Shown: in pieces, positions 35,580 through 49,014 of the stretch
Layout: each line of letters begins with the position of its first letter
Numbering within the stretch: position 1 is the stretch's first letter
Translations under genes and position numbers: made by a program
The notes under the pieces: generated by a model
What the model saw: only the letters and a program-made list of their open reading frames with translations
Databases searched by the model: none
What the model was told of the DNA's origin: nothing
NCBI RefSeq assembly: GCF_006345805.1
Contig: NC_043020.1
Coordinates: 22,630,001-22,694,000, forward strand
DNA from: Octopus sinensis
Taxonomy: Eukaryota
Length of the DNA: 64,000 nt
Direction: 5' to 3'

Positions 35580-38192
35580 ATGGATTTGCCTGAAGAATTG
35601 CCAAAAGAGACGGGGGAATCCTCATATTCCTGTGATATCTGTAAAAAGTCGTTCTCTCTGGAAGGTAAGCTTGCTACCCATAAATGTATTGACAAAAAAG
35701 AGAAAGCAGAAAAACGATATCATTGTGATATCTGTAGTAAATCTTTCTCTGTAAAATTTAACTTAACAGAACATAGACATATTCATACAGGGGAGAAACC
35801 ATACAACTGTGAGACCTGTGGAAAATCGTTCTCACGAATACATACCTTAACTATGCACAAACGCATTCATACAGGAGAAAAACCATATGAATGTGATATC
35901 TGCGGTAAATCTTTCTCTCGAATACACACTTTAATTACTCACAAGCGCTTCCACACTGGAGAAAAACCATTTAAATGTGATACCTGTGGTAAATCATTCT
36001 CTCTAAAAGGTCATTTAGTTGATCACTTACGTATTCATACAGGTGAAAAACCACATCACTGTGATACCTGTGGTAAATCATTCTCTCTAAGAAGTCATTT
36101 AGTTGGTCACATACGTATTCATACAGGTGAAAAACCATATCATTGTGATATCTGTGGTAAATCATTCTCTCAAACTAATAGCCTAACTAACCATATACGT
36201 ATTCATACAGGAGAGAAGCCATATCAGTGTAACATTTGTGGGGAATCATTCTCTGAAACAGGAAATTTAACTAAACACAAATACATTCATACAGGTGAGA
36301 AGTCATATCACTGTGATATCTGTGGAAAATCATTCTTTCAAAAAGTTCATTTGCATTCTCACAAACGTGTTCATACCGGAGAGAGACCTTATTGCTGTGA
36401 TGTCTGTAGTAAGTCATTCATTGACAAAAATACCTTAAATATTCACAAACACATTCATTCAGGAGAGAAACCTTATCAGTGTGACATCTGCAGTAAATCG
36501 TTCACAGATCGAAGTACATTAACAGTTCATACACGTATTCATACAGGAAATAAACCATATCACTGTGACATCTGTGGTAAATCATTCTCTCAAACAAGTC
36601 AATTAACACTACACACGAGACGGGTTCATACAGGAGAGAGACCATATCGCTGCGATATCTGTGGTAAAACATTCATTGTTGGAAGTGCATTAACTGTTCA
36701 CAAGCGTGTTCACACAGGAGAAAAACCATATCAGTGTGATATCTGTGATAAATCATTTGCTTATGCAACAGTATTAACTGGCCACAAACGTATTCATACA
36801 GGGGAAAAACCATATCACTGTGTTATTTGTGGTCAATCATTCACTAGAACTAGTGACTTAGCGATACACAGCAGACGTATTCACACAAAAGAGAAACCCT
36901 ATACCTGTGATATCTGCAGTAAAGCATTCGCTTATGGAAGTGCATTAAATGTTCACAAACGTATTCATACAGGGGAAAGGCCATATCATTGTAGTGTCTG
37001 TGGTAAATCCTTCTCTCGAAATTCTGACTTAATTAGACACATGTGTTTTCATACAGGGGATAAGCCATATCCCTGTGATATCTGTGGTAAATCATACACT
37101 AGTAGAAATGCATTAACTTATCATAAACGTATTCACACAGGAGAAAAGCCATACCAATGTGATATCTGTGGGAGATCATTCTCTCGAAAGAATCATGTAA
37201 GTAATCATAGACTAACTCATACTGGAGAGAAACCATTCCATTGTGATATCTGTGGGAAATCTTTCTCTTACGGTAAGGCTCTAACAAAGCATATGCATCT
37301 TCATAGTGGTGATAAGGGATATCACTGCGATATCTGTGGTAAATTATTCACTGATGAAAGTGCATTAACTGCACACAAACGTATTCATACAGGAGAGAAG
37401 CCTTATCACTGTAATACCTGTGGTAAATCGTTTTCTCGAAACTTTGGCCTAGCAAGGCACATGCTTTTTCATACAGGTGATAAGCCATATCACTGTGATA
37501 TCTGTGGTAAATCATTCTATAAAATAGGTAATTTGACTAAACATAAATTCACTCATACTGTAGAGAAGCTGTATTCCTGCAATATCTGTGGTGAATCATA
37601 TGCTACTAGAAATGCATTGACTGCTCATAAACGTGTTCATACAGGAGAAAAACCTTACCACTGTGATATCTGTGGTAAATCGTTCTCAGAAAAATATCAC
37701 TTAACTAAACATAGATACACTCATACAGGAGAGAAACCATATGATTGTAAGATCTGTGGTAAATCTTTCTCTCAGGCAGCTCATTTAACTGTTCACAGTC
37801 GTACTCATACAGGTGAGAAACCATTTCACTGTGAGTTTTGTGATAAATCATTCTCTCAAACAGCTCATTTAACAATCCATAGACGTATTCATACAGGAGA
37901 TAGACCCTATAAGTGTGATATTTGTGGCAAATCTTTCTCTCAAAATAGTGATTTGACTAAGCACAACCGCATTCATTCAGGAGAAAAGCCGTATCAGTGT
38001 AATATATGTGGTAAATCATTCTCTGTAAGTACTGCATTAACTAGTCACAAATACATTCATACAGGAGAAAGACCATATCACTGTGAGATCTGTGGTAAAT
38101 CATTTTCTCACAGTTCTGCTTTAACTACACACAAATGTGTTTGTTCCAATGAAAACCTTTATACTCAAAAATTTCCTTTGTGGAGTGAGTGA
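35580..38192 (+). CDS. Z4: tandem C2H2 zinc-finger protein, 870 aa from the ATG, 30 finger units
   Basis: Intact ORF. The ATG at 35580 ([10 protein letters not shown]) is homologous to the Z1-Z3 starts; the ORF track's GTG at 35553 is unlikely to be used. Confidence 0.95.
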   Translation: MDLPEELPKETGESSYSCDICKKSFSLEGKLATHKCIDKKEKAEKRYHCDICSKSFSVKFNLTEHRHIHTGEKPYNCETCGKSFSRIHTLTMHKRIHTGEKPYECDICGKSFSRIHTLITHKRFHTGEKPFKCDTCGKSFSLKGHLVDHLRIHTGEKPHHCDTCGKSFSLRSHLVGHIRIHTGEKPYHCDICGKSFSQTNSLTNHIRIHTGEKPYQCNICGESFSETGNLTKHKYIHTGEKSYHCDICGKSFFQKVHLHSHKRVHTGERPYCCDVCSKSFIDKNTLNIHKHIHSGEKPYQCDICSKSFTDRSTLTVHTRIHTGNKPYHCDICGKSFSQTSQLTLHTRRVHTGERPYRCDICGKTFIVGSALTVHKRVHTGEKPYQCDICDKSFAYATVLTGHKRIHTGEKPYHCVICGQSFTRTSDLAIHSRRIHTKEKPYTCDICSKAFAYGSALNVHKRIHTGERPYHCSVCGKSFSRNSDLIRHMCFHTGDKPYPCDICGKSYTSRNALTYHKRIHTGEKPYQCDICGRSFSRKNHVSNHRLTHTGEKPFHCDICGKSFSYGKALTKHMHLHSGDKGYHCDICGKLFTDESALTAHKRIHTGEKPYHCNTCGKSFSRNFGLARHMLFHTGDKPYHCDICGKSFYKIGNLTKHKFTHTVEKLYSCNICGESYATRNALTAHKRVHTGEKPYHCDICGKSFSEKYHLTKHRYTHTGEKPYDCKICGKSFSQAAHLTVHSRTHTGEKPFHCEFCDKSFSQTAHLTIHRRIHTGDRPYKCDICGKSFSQNSDLTKHNRIHSGEKPYQCNICGKSFSVSTALTSHKYIHTGERPYHCEICGKSFSHSSALTTHKCVCSNENLYTQKFPLWSE

Positions 38193-38530
38193 GAAATAGA
38201 CAGACACATCAGCACTGTAATGTTGTCAGCAACACGACAGCCTCTCTAGTGCTGGCTCCAAAGTAAAATACATCCTGTACACTGTGAAATTGATGGTGAT
38301 ATGTAGGGCAGCCAGCCACAAAAACCATATTCCCTGAAGCAAACCATACGTATGACTTTGTTTAAAACATGAAGTAGAGGTTTTTTTCTTTTTGTTTTCA
38401 CTTTGATAGTAACAAACATTCACACAAGTGTTGAAACGATTTTACTATGATATCTGGTAAATCATTCCCTCATGGAAATACCTTAACTACTCACAGGTAT
38501 GATTGTACAGGTGAGAAACCATTTCATTCT
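38193..38530 (+). repeat. Z4 3' flank homologous to Z1 (about 4290-4625) and Z2 (about 12700-13030)
   Basis: gagaaatagacagacacatcagcactgtaatg..catggaaataccttaactactcacagg shared. Confidence 0.85.
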
Positions 38531-39668
38531 TGCATGGACAGAAATAACTTCACTGCTCTGAAACATTCATACAAAATGAAAACCATAATGCTGTTATATT
38601 GTTGTTGTTTGTTTCTTCTTGAGCCATGCGTGGTTTCATTGGCGTATAGGTTCCCCACCTAGACGGAATGCCAGTCTGTCGCAGGAGGAAAGAGTGAGAG
38701 AAAGTTGTGGTGAGTCAGCAGAAGTTTGCCCCTACCATCTGTTAGAGCCACGTGGAGCTTAAGTGTTTTGCTCATAAACGTACACATTGCCTGGTCTGAG
38801 ATTTGAACCTGCAATCCCTTGATCATGAGTTCGCTGCTCTAACCATTGACTCCTTGTTCAATCAGCTTCAAATCTTTATCTGATTATTTACCAAATAATG
38901 GTCATCACTGCACCATTTATAGAACATTGTGCTTTTTCCAGAAGTTTTCTTTACTCTGTGATGATTGGTTACATGAAACTTGGAGTAAAATTTTTTCAGC
39001 TTCAATAAAACACTCTATTATATTCTATCTTTGGTCTTTGAGTTCTGTTTTCTCCAGCTTCTTTTGCACCTGAATACATTCACACATCTCTCACTCTCAG
39101 CTGGTTTGTCTGTCTGTCTGTCTATTTATTTATTTGCAGTTTCACTCATATTTCAGTAGCAAATACGCAGTGTGTACTTGACCAAAAAATGGTGGTGACA
39201 CAGAAAACCCCCCCAAAAAACCATAAAACAGCTGCATGAAGACAACATACACATCTGCCTAACTTAACAAGAACCATACCAATGTCTGTCTGTGCAATGT
39301 TTGGGCATGGGGGTAAGTCCTTGCATCCTCTACAAAACCAGGCTTGGAGAATTTTCAGTGATCTGAATATGTAAATGCTTGACCCATTAGCATTTATCTC
39401 TGCATTCCATATCTCAAAAGTAACTTATTCCCAGGGTTCAGAGTGTTTTGGAGCAAACACCTGGAAGAGGCAGACCCAGGAGGATGTAGGACAAGACGGT
39501 ACAATATGATCTTCAGATGTCAAGTCTCACAGAGGCAATGACAAGTGACAGACTTTTTGGTGATTTGCTGTACTTGAGAAGACATGTGAAATTGTAGTTT
39601 TTCAAGTGCCAGTAAGGCAACACTGGTAATGATCACGCTCAAATGGTGCTTTTTATGTGCCCCAGCAT

Positions 39669-40701
39669 CAAAAAGCAAATTCGCACAATTTTCTTATTCC
39701 AGTTCAAGCTAGGCTGAAAAGCTGCTGAAACAGCTCACGATATCAACGAAGCATTTGGTCCAGGAACCACTAATGAATGTACAACTCAATGATGGTTGAA
39801 GAAATTTTGTAGTGGTGATGAGAGTCTTGAAGATGATAAGCATAGTGGTCGGCCGTCGGATATTGACAACGATCAACTAAGAACCTTAGTAGAAGCCAAT
39901 CCATGCACAACTGTTCAAGAGCTTGCTTCTGAATTAGACATAATGTATATGACAATTTCCAACCACAAAAATACATGAGAAATGGGTGTTGCGTGAATTG
40001 AACGAGAACCCCCAAAAAACGCCATGTTGAAGTGTTGTCTTCCTTTCTTTTACGCAACAAGAACGACTCGTTTCTTGACCGGATTGTGACTTGCGATGAA
40101 AAGTGGATTCTTTATGACAACTGGCAACGCTCAGCTCAGTGGTTGGACACCGACAAAGCTCCATGGCACTTCCTGAAGCCAAAGTTGCACCAAAAGAAGG
40201 TCATGGTGACTGTTTGGTGGTCTGCAGCCAGTCTCATCCAGGCGAAGTACTGTCAGCAAATGGATGAAATGCATAAGAAACTCCGACAACAGCCAGCATT
40301 GGTTAATAGAAAAAGACCAATTCTTCTCCACGACAACGCTCGGCCATACGTCACACAACAGACCCTGCAGAAGTTGAATGAATTGGGCTAAGAAACTCTG
40401 CCTCATCTGCCATACTCACGAGACCTCTCGCCTACCGACTACCACTTCTTCAAGCATCTCGACAACTTCCTGCGTGAGAAATGCTTCAAAACCAAGACGA
40501 TGCCAAATACGCATTCAACGACTTCATCACCACCAGAATGCAGGATATTTACGGTATTGGCATAAATAAACTTGTTTCACGTTGGCAAAAGTGTGTTGAT
40601 TCTGATGGTGTTTATTTCAATTAATAAAGTTTTGCTTGAGCCGAGATATGTGCATCTGAATTTAAAGGTTAAAAATCACAAGAACTTTCTTGACAGCCTA
40701 A
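39669..40701 (+). mobile_element. Dead mariner transposon (Hsmar1/cecropia-like), left TIR missing
   Basis: KKQIRTIFLFQFKLG*KAAETA..SGRPSDIDNDQLR; TCDEKW, HDNARP and DLSPTDYH catalytic motifs with stops and frameshifts; right TIR ..gaactttcttgacagcctaa followed by TA. Confidence 0.9.
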
Positions 40702-40870
40702 TATATATATATATATATATACAAAATGAGAAAATGGAGAAACATACCTAAATCAATCATCAACCATCAGATAATACCCACTCAATACTTTATTAAACCA
40801 TTACACAACAGCAATGACATTATACATAATAAATTACAAATATAACTAGACATAGAAATAGAAAATACAA

Positions 40871-41002
40871 TTACATTGTAGCTGACAGCTGTTTCGGCCA
40901 TGAAGACAGGTATGTCCCATTTAACCTATTAGCCATATAAAGCAGGTATAAATGAGACATTAACAAGAATGTTTCACAGCCTCTTCAGAGAATTTAATGT
41001 AA
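40871..41002 (-). ncRNA. Candidate type I hammerhead ribozyme
   Basis: CUGAAGA core, 9-bp stem II, GAAAC-AGCU-GUC minimal stem III, interrupted stem I; lies in a (TA)n-associated repeat shared with 26921. Folded by eye only. Confidence 0.55.
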
Positions 41003-41814
41003 GTATGAAAAAAATTTACATATAAATAAATATATAAATATAAAAATGTGTGCATAGACACTCATAATTCTACACATATATATATACACAATAATACAAT
41101 ATAAACAATATATATCAATATACATTAACAAACACAATAATGTTCCATGTTGAACTCTCAGTTCTATATCCAACATCAAGGAAATACATGTACACTCATA
41201 TTTAAATTTAAAGCAGACATATATATTTAACAGTCCAGTCTATTAAAATGTATAACCACACAAAAAGTCAATAAAATTAATATTAATAATAATAATAACA
41301 ACCATGATTGTACCATGTAAAGCAAGCAGACATCCACATATATACTCAATAAGTCGAATTCATCTGTCCACTTGGTATTGATTTTCATAGATAGATTCGA
41401 TTGGCTTATAGTTTTAAATTTGAATCACAATGGAAATTTTACGGTTAGTTAGCCAAGAAACACACATACGCACACGCACATCCACAGATCATGCGCACAT
41501 ACATACATAGTTATATGTATACACACACACACACACATACACAGCCAAATCATAAATAAATAAATAAATAATATAAGAAGTAGAATCGCAACTATACACA
41601 TGCAAAACAGAGGAACCCAACCGATTGCACATACATGCATGCAGACATCAAGCCACCCCAAACTACACCATGGCTGTGGTATTAACTAAGTAGATCCACT
41701 CACATATTTCCATAAAACAGTAAATGCAAACATACATACAATTATATCCAGATAGAGAATGTAATTTTTTATAAGGTACATAATTCATATTACACCGTAT
41801 TTTTCGTAAACATA

Positions 41815-42188
41815 GCGCAGGAGTGGCTGTGTGGTAAGTAGCTTGTCTACCAACCACATGGTTCCGGGTTCAGTCCCACTGCGTGGCACCTCGGGCAAGT
41901 GTCTTCTACTATAGCTTCGGGCCGACCAAAGCCTTGTGAGTGGATTTGGTAGACGGAAACTGAAAGAAGCCCATCGTATATATATGCGTGTGTGTGTTTG
42001 TCCCCTAGCATTGCTTGACAACCGATGCTGGTGTGTTTATGTCCCCGTTACTTAGCGGTTCGGCAAAAGAGACCGATAGAATAAGTACTGGGCTTACAAA
42101 AAGAATAAGTCCCGGGGTCGAGTTGCTCGATTAAAGGCGGTGCTCCAGCATGGCCGCAGTCAAATGACTGAAACAAGTAAAAGAGTAT
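41815..42188 (+). mobile_element. Full-length SINE family A
   Basis: Head, short (TA)/(TG) core, and tail ..gaaacaagtaaaagagta. Confidence 0.8.
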
Positions 42189-42313
42189 AGTATTTTATAA
42201 CTAAAAAGTCCGCAAACTTAACCGCTATGCTTTATTCAAACAATCGCTAAATTATAAAGTATAGAATACCCAATATCTGTTTGACTATCAAGAGACATAA
42301 AAATATATATATA

Positions 42314-44771
42314 CTAAGTTGCTCCGATGTATACCCTACTGCTAAATTGTGTATCCACAGTGCATTGATAAACTACCTCTTTCTTGAGGCATTGATTACC
42401 AAACTCACATTTATTTCTGTTTCTGTAATTACAGTTATCAACAGGTTGGGGTAATCTAACATTGGCCAAAATTTCTGTAACACTATTCCCATTAATAGTG
42501 TTACAATTATTTTTACTATCCAATCCCAAATTCAACGAATGATTTGATTTATCATTATTGGCGATATTCCTATCAATAGTAATAGTATTGGTGGTAGTGG
42601 TATCATCTATTACATTAATATTTTTCCTTACAGGTACGGTACCATCATAATTTGCAAGAGGGTTGTTCGCGTTAGCTCCAAAAGATATATTGTCCCTACA
42701 ATTATAGAGAGGCAAATTACTATTATCTAAATTCAACTTTCTATCATTATAGAAGCAATCCAGTTTCCTGTTATTAAATGAGATGATGGTGGCTAGATTG
42801 TGTGTAATGCTATATCCTATTCTAACAGTTCCATTGTTAATTAATTGACCAAATTTATTCTTACCCTTACCAAAGTGCCTAAATATTACATTGTGCAAAG
42901 CTCTATGTCTGTTTTTATCTGCAATGCATATGAGATTATCAGCCATAGTGTATCCTTATCAGTATTAGGGTTGCCTATCAAATTGTTATTTTTAGTAAAA
43001 ACCTTGTTCCTCCTTCATCCCATATATTTACTATCCTTAACAATGTCATTGTTATGCCTATCATTATCAATATTACCATAATTATTGCGTAAATAAACTT
43101 TACTATTATCATACCTACCATTAGTTTTGATATGCATATTATTAATATTACTACCATCACTTATGTGCGCTAATTTATTTAAACTAACGTCAACAGCTCG
43201 GAGATTAACAACACCTCTATAATTATCATATGCGTTTTTATATATCCTATTTTTCCTTATCCTAGTTATTATTGTTTGTCCTAAATTTATTGGTGTTGTT
43301 CTTAATAGTTCCACCTGTATTTGAAGGATTATCCTTGGGTATATACCATATTTTACTTTTGTAGCCTGCTTTCAGCAATGCTGTATTATATCTATCACAA
43401 TGCTTATTAAAAATGTCCCCGTTTGAGGATAGATAAGAGATTCTCTGACTAATGCTATGCACTAGTGATCTTTTAATTTGAGGAGGGTGATTGCTAGAAC
43501 GGTTTATATATACTAAGTTAGAATTGGGTTTAATATAAGGTTCATGTATCCCATTAGTAAAGTTGCAATTGACAGAATAGTTTTCATTTTCAATAATTAT
43601 GGATAGGCCAAAACTTTTTAAAAATTTATTTAGTCTTTTTTTCAGTAGATCCAGTCTCCTATTTGATGTATTATTTACCAAAAATAAAGCGTCATCCCTA
43701 TATAGTCCTCCTTTTAATTCAGGGAATTCCCTACTAAGGTTATCGAGTAAATACATCCCAACCAGATCAGTCACTTCCGCTGAATCTGGCGATCCCATGG
43801 TGATGTCGAACAAGTTGGGTGTGTCTTTTCTAGCCCAAAGTTTGTTATCAAACTCTATTAATGTTTTTCTAGCTATTAAGATAACCTTAATCTCCCCCAT
43901 ACTTAATTTAGTGTGTCTCCTAGCAAAAATTAAAGCCTTATTTAATATAATAGGGTTTATGGATGTGTAGTAATTTTGTATATCAAATTGGATGAATTTA
44001 CTTCTATTATTATCACTGACCTTAATGGCAGAAAACCAATCTAGTGCACCTTGAGTATTCTTCCAAAGGCTAAGTTTAATTTTGTTACGTATAGTTGGTA
44101 AATATTTATCCAGAATAAGTTTACTCAGTCTGCCTAAGTCAGATTTGGTAGGGCAAATCAATCTGACCTGCGTGTTACCAAGAAAGTTTTCCTTATGGTC
44201 CTTGAGTGTGATTCTCGGTATAGTGGGGGTATAAGGTTCAGTTTTTTCTTCCAGGTAATAATCCAACATTATTTCTCTAACCTCAACGTTTAGTTTCCTA
44301 AGTGTGTTAAAAGGTACAATTTTATATTTTTTAGTAATTTCTTTGTGTAGTAATTCATGGTATGTAAGGATGTCAATATTATAAATGTTACTGGTTTTGT
44401 CAGAACGGGTTAGAATGCCGTTCTTACTCTTAAGAGTTCTTATTAGTTCTTTTAATTTTCTTTGGTACGGGTTATACCTCAATGGGGGATTTTTAAATTT
44501 GATGTTTTTGATAGTCTCCCATAATTCCTGTTCAAAGTTATCCAGATGTTTATTTGGTGGAGGAGATTTCCTAGATTTAAATGTGGTTCCGGTTAGTTTT
44601 ATGATTTCCTCATAGGTACTTCCTGTTCCATTACGGTTAGTTTCTCCAGTATGTTGTTGGTTCATTTCGTTGTTATTGTTTTCATGGTGGAAAATCCTCC
44701 ATCTTATCCTGTGGATGAACTCATTAATTCTATAGATTAGCTCTTTAGTGTAATGGTCTTTAGTAGGAATG

Positions 44772-44813
<42 letters not shown>

Positions 44814-44851
44814 TACATATAAAAAATTAGAAAAAAATCACCTTTTATCAA
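42314..44851 (-). mobile_element. Penelope-like retroelement, frameshifted, truncated inside GIY-YIG
   Basis: RT: KDHKENF..RLICPTKSDLG..FDIQNYYTSI..MGSPDSAEVTDLVG..GLYRDD..YINRSSNHPP. Then Cys motif NCNYRNRNKCEFGNQC and VVYQCTV..YIGAT* at 42314-42420. Confidence 0.88.
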
Positions 44852-45021
44852 TTCAAAATTACACCACCTAGAAAATTACATATAATAGAAATATTAACAT
44901 TAAAATTTATATATATATATATATATATAAATTAGAAAACACCCCACCTTTTATCAATTCAATGAAAAATTAAATTATACCATTTAGAAAAATTACATAT
45001 TATAGAAAGATTAACATAAAA

Positions 45022-45057
<36 letters not shown>

Positions 45058-45145
45058 TAGAAAAAAACCCACCTTTTATCAATTCAATAATGAAAAATTT
45101 AATCATACCATTTAGAAAAATTACATATTATAGAAAGATTAAAAA
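44820..45145. repeat. Three tandem copies of an AT-rich unit of about 90 bp, separated by (TA)n, at the PLE 5' end (pseudo-LTR-like)
   Basis: aaattagaaaa..accttttatcaattcaa..agaaaa(a)ttacatat at about 44822, 44929 and 45054. Confidence 0.75.
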
Positions 45146-45501
45146 TAAGATAAAACATATAACAATGATTAAGTATTGTGCAAAATATATATATATATGA
45201 GCAGGACTCTATTATTTCATGTTGCTCCTGCTCCCTTAGCTGTAAAAATGAGCTGCAATATCACTGGTGCCAAGCTGAATCAGTCTTTGCTTTTTTCCTT
45301 TGGATACTTGAGAAATTGGTGATGTGGAGTATGGACGCTGGTATGCATGGGCGACTACTGGTCTTCCATAAACAAACTTGCCCAGATTTGTGCCTTGAGG
45401 GGAATGCTCTAGGTGCAATCCCATGGTCAGTCATGACTGAAGGAGGTCTTTATCCTTTACCATATATATATATGTGTGTGTGTGTGTGTATACATCATGT
45501 T

Positions 45502-45669
45502 CGGAATGGTCAGTGGCAAGAGAGGAAGGGGCTGACCAAGAACCCGCTGGCTTGACACCATCAGAAGTGATACTGGAATGGACATAGCCAATCTGAAGGA
45601 AGCGGCCCAGGATAGAACTGACTGGAGGACACTGATCCAACGAGTCACCGAGAGTCGACTTCGACTGAG

Positions 45670-45730
<61 letters not shown>

Positions 45731-45904
45731 CGGAATGGTCAGTGGCAAGAGAGGAAGAGGCCGACCAAGAACCCGCTGGCTTGACACCATCAGGAGTGAT
45801 ACCGGAATGGACATGGCTAATCTGAAGGAAGCGGCCCAGGATAGAACTGACTGGAGGACACTGATCCAACGAGTAACCGAGAGTCGACTTTGACTGAGCA
45901 GATA
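45502..45904 (+). mobile_element. Two tandem RTE (BovB-like) 3' ends, 45502-45673 and 45731-45904
   Basis: RTRWLDTI..LKEAAQDRTDWRTLIQRVTESRLRLSG matches the RTE/BovB ORF C-terminus; each copy is followed by a microsatellite. Confidence 0.75.
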
Positions 45905-46031
45905 GAGAGAGTGTGTGTTTGTATACAGACAGACATACACACACATGCTTGAATGGAAAGACAAAAGAAAAAGGCCCTTAACACAGTAGGAACTACACAT
46001 AGTATTTATAACTGTTTGATTCGGTCCCATG

Positions 46032-47627
46032 CTAAGGGACCTCAACTACTTCAGGCTTCGGGAATGCCGAATGGAGTAATTCAGGAAATGTATCTTTATA
46101 CAGATATGAGTCATTCGCTGCAGAGAATGATTTGCCATACATATTAATGTGATATGGTTTGTCTCTGGAGTGAATACGCTTGTGCTTAGACAAAGCACCA
46201 CTTTGAGAAAATGATTTTCCACAGACCATGCAGTGATATGGTTTCTCTCCGGAATGAACATATTTGTGTTTAGTCAAAACACTGTTTTGAGAAAATGATT
46301 TACCACAGATATCACACTGATAAGGTCTCTCTCCTGTATGACTGTATTTGTGAGTAGTCAAGGTGCTATATCTAGTGAATGATTCACCACAGATATCACA
46401 CTGATATGGTTTTTCTCCTGTGTGAATGTATTTGTGCTTGGTTACATCACTATTTTGGGAGAATGATTTACCACAGATATCACACTGGTAAGGTTTATCA
46501 CCGGAATGCATACGTTTATGGATAGTTAAATGCGATGTTTGCGAAAATGATTTACCACAGATATCACAGCGATATGGTTTCTCTCCTGTGTGTGTGTGTT
46601 TGTGAGTGGTCAAGTGACCTGATTGAGAGAATGATTTACCACAGATATCACATTGGTATGGTTTCTCCCCTGTATGGATATGGATATGTTCGTTCAACTT
46701 ACACTTGTCAGAGAATGATTTACCACAGGTATCGCAATGATATCGTCTCTCTCCTGTATGCGCGTGTCTGTGTCTCGTTAACTGACCTGCTTGAGAGAAA
46801 AATTTACCACAGATATCACACTGGTAAGGTTTCTCCCCTGTATGAATGCGTTTGTGAGCGGTTAAGTTACTTTTCATAGAGAAAGATTTACCGCAGACAT
46901 TACAGCAATATGCCTGCTCTTCTTCATGACTACATCTGTTGTGTGTCCTTAACTGAATAGTTTGAGAGAATGATTTACCGCAGATATCACAGTGGTATGG
47001 TTTTTCCCCAGTATGAATACGTTTGTGCTTAGTTAAGGTACCCACTTCCTTGAATGATTTACCACAGATCTGACATTGGTATGGTTTCTCCCCAGTATGA
47101 ACACGTTTGTGAGTAGTTAAGTGAACTTTCTGAAAGAATGATTTTCCACAGATATCACAGTGATAGGGTTTCTCTCCTGTATGAATATATTTGTGCTTGG
47201 TCAAATTACCCCTTTCAGAGAACGATTTACTGCAGATATCACAGTGATAAGGCTTCTCTCCTGTATGAATACGTTTGTGTTTATTTAAATTACATCCTTC
47301 AGAAAATGATTTACCACAGATATCACAGTGATAAGGCTTCTCTCCTGTATGAATATACCTGTGTTTATTTAATGAACTTTTTTTAGAGTATGATTTATCA
47401 CATATATTACAATGATATGGCTTATCATCTGTCTGGGTACCTTTGTGATTAGTCAAACGATCAGTTTGAGAGAATGTTTCATCAGGGACATCAGAGTGAT
47501 ATAGTGTCTTGCTTACATTAATATCTTTGTGAGCAGTGAAGTTAACTTTTTGGGAAAACGATTTATCACCACAGTGCTGTAATAATTCCCCTATGGCTTT
47601 ATGTGTCATCTTATCAGCAAAATCCAT
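46032..47627 (-). CDS. Z5: tandem C2H2 zinc-finger protein, 531 aa, 15 intact fingers plus degenerate flanking units
   Basis: Intact ORF; leader MDFADK with two decayed fingers; acceptor gtttctttatttatttcag|aatatt at 48218-48236. Confidence 0.93.
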   Translation of the reverse strand: MDFADKMTHKAIGELLQHCGDKSFSQKVNFTAHKDINVSKTLYHSDVPDETFSQTDRLTNHKGTQTDDKPYHCNICDKSYSKKSSLNKHRYIHTGEKPYHCDICGKSFSEGCNLNKHKRIHTGEKPYHCDICSKSFSERGNLTKHKYIHTGEKPYHCDICGKSFFQKVHLTTHKRVHTGEKPYQCQICGKSFKEVGTLTKHKRIHTGEKPYHCDICGKSFSQTIQLRTHNRCSHEEEQAYCCNVCGKSFSMKSNLTAHKRIHTGEKPYQCDICGKFFSQAGQLTRHRHAHTGERRYHCDTCGKSFSDKCKLNEHIHIHTGEKPYQCDICGKSFSQSGHLTTHKHTHTGEKPYRCDICGKSFSQTSHLTIHKRMHSGDKPYQCDICGKSFSQNSDVTKHKYIHTGEKPYQCDICGESFTRYSTLTTHKYSHTGERPYQCDICGKSFSQNSVLTKHKYVHSGEKPYHCMVCGKSFSQSGALSKHKRIHSRDKPYHINMYGKSFSAANDSYLYKDTFPELLHSAFPKPEVVEVP

Positions 47628-48357
47628 AGTTTTAGACTGTCATATATTTAATCTGCTTCTTAGAATTTTTCTTAATAATTCTTCTCTTCCACATAATTTT
47701 GTTTTTTTATTTTTTGTCTTAATATTCTGTTCTTAATAATTACATCTCCTTCAATATTTCCAGCCACAGTGATCTTTGTCGATATTTAAAGATGCAGCAA
47801 ATACCTTTATAAAATTGTCCAAATCCCCTTAGAGTTCAGATTATTCTATCAAACACAATGCCTATTGATTCCCATTGATTTGAATTAATCGTGCATTGTC
47901 TCATATCTTCAAGATCTTGATGGTGTAACTACTTAATGTAGAATAACATTGTAGGGTAGGTGTGAGAGCCTGGATCTGGTCAGTTTGAACGTAAAACAGA
48001 TTAACTATTTTGGCCAGATATGGCCGGTTTAAATACTAAAGGGTCAAAGGCACAAATCTATTCCATTCAAACTTCAGACTCCAGACAGCAATTCAATGAA
48101 GATTTATATAAGCAAGCTTTTTATCAGTTCTCTATGACATCTTCCTTCAGTCTTCAAAAGTTCTCAAATGTTCTTGATGCAGTTTAAGTTCCATTATGCC
48201 AATGTTATCAGAATATTCTGAAATAAATAAAGAAACAATATAAGATAAAGAACAATATTTACAAAGCAGATATTCAACAACGGATATTTTATATATATAT
48301 TTTTTAAAAATATATTATTATTATTATATTATTATTATTAATATAAGGAAATTAATA

Positions 48358-48519
48358 GGCGCAGGAGTGGTTGTGTGGTGGGTGGCTTGCTAACCAACCA
48401 CATGGTTCCGGGTTCAGTCCCACTGCGTGGCATCTTGGGCAAGTGTCTTCTGCTATAGCCCTGGGCCGACCAATGCCTTGTGAGTGGATTTGGTAGACGG
48501 AAACTGAAAGAAGCCTGTC

Positions 48520-48579
<60 letters not shown>

Positions 48580-48775
48580 TTGTCCCCCCTAACATTGCTT
48601 GACAACCGATGCTAGTGTGTTTACGTCCCCGTCATTTAGCGGTTCGGCAAAAGAGACCGATAGAATAAGTACTGGGCTTACAAAAGAATAAGTCCCGGGG
48701 TCGATTTGCTCGACTAAAGGCGGTGCTCCAGCATGGCCGCAGTCAAATGACTGAAACAAGTAAAAGAGAGTAAAG
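48358..48775 (+). mobile_element. SINE family A
   Basis: Full head-(TA)n-tail structure. Confidence 0.8.
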
Positions 48776-49014
48776 AGTAAATTAATATCCAAACTTCTCA
48801 AAAAGATATACCCGTGTGAAAATACTTATTGTATTAAAAATATATTTTATTGCATTATTTAGCAGAACCAATTAAACCTTTAACTCAACAATTGAACTTT
48901 ACTCTTTAATTTATCATTATTAAATCACAGAACCTTGTGCGACATTTACATATTTGCAAACTACATCAAAATCTTCAGAGTATGTAACATTACATTATAC
49001 TAATTGTAGTTAAG

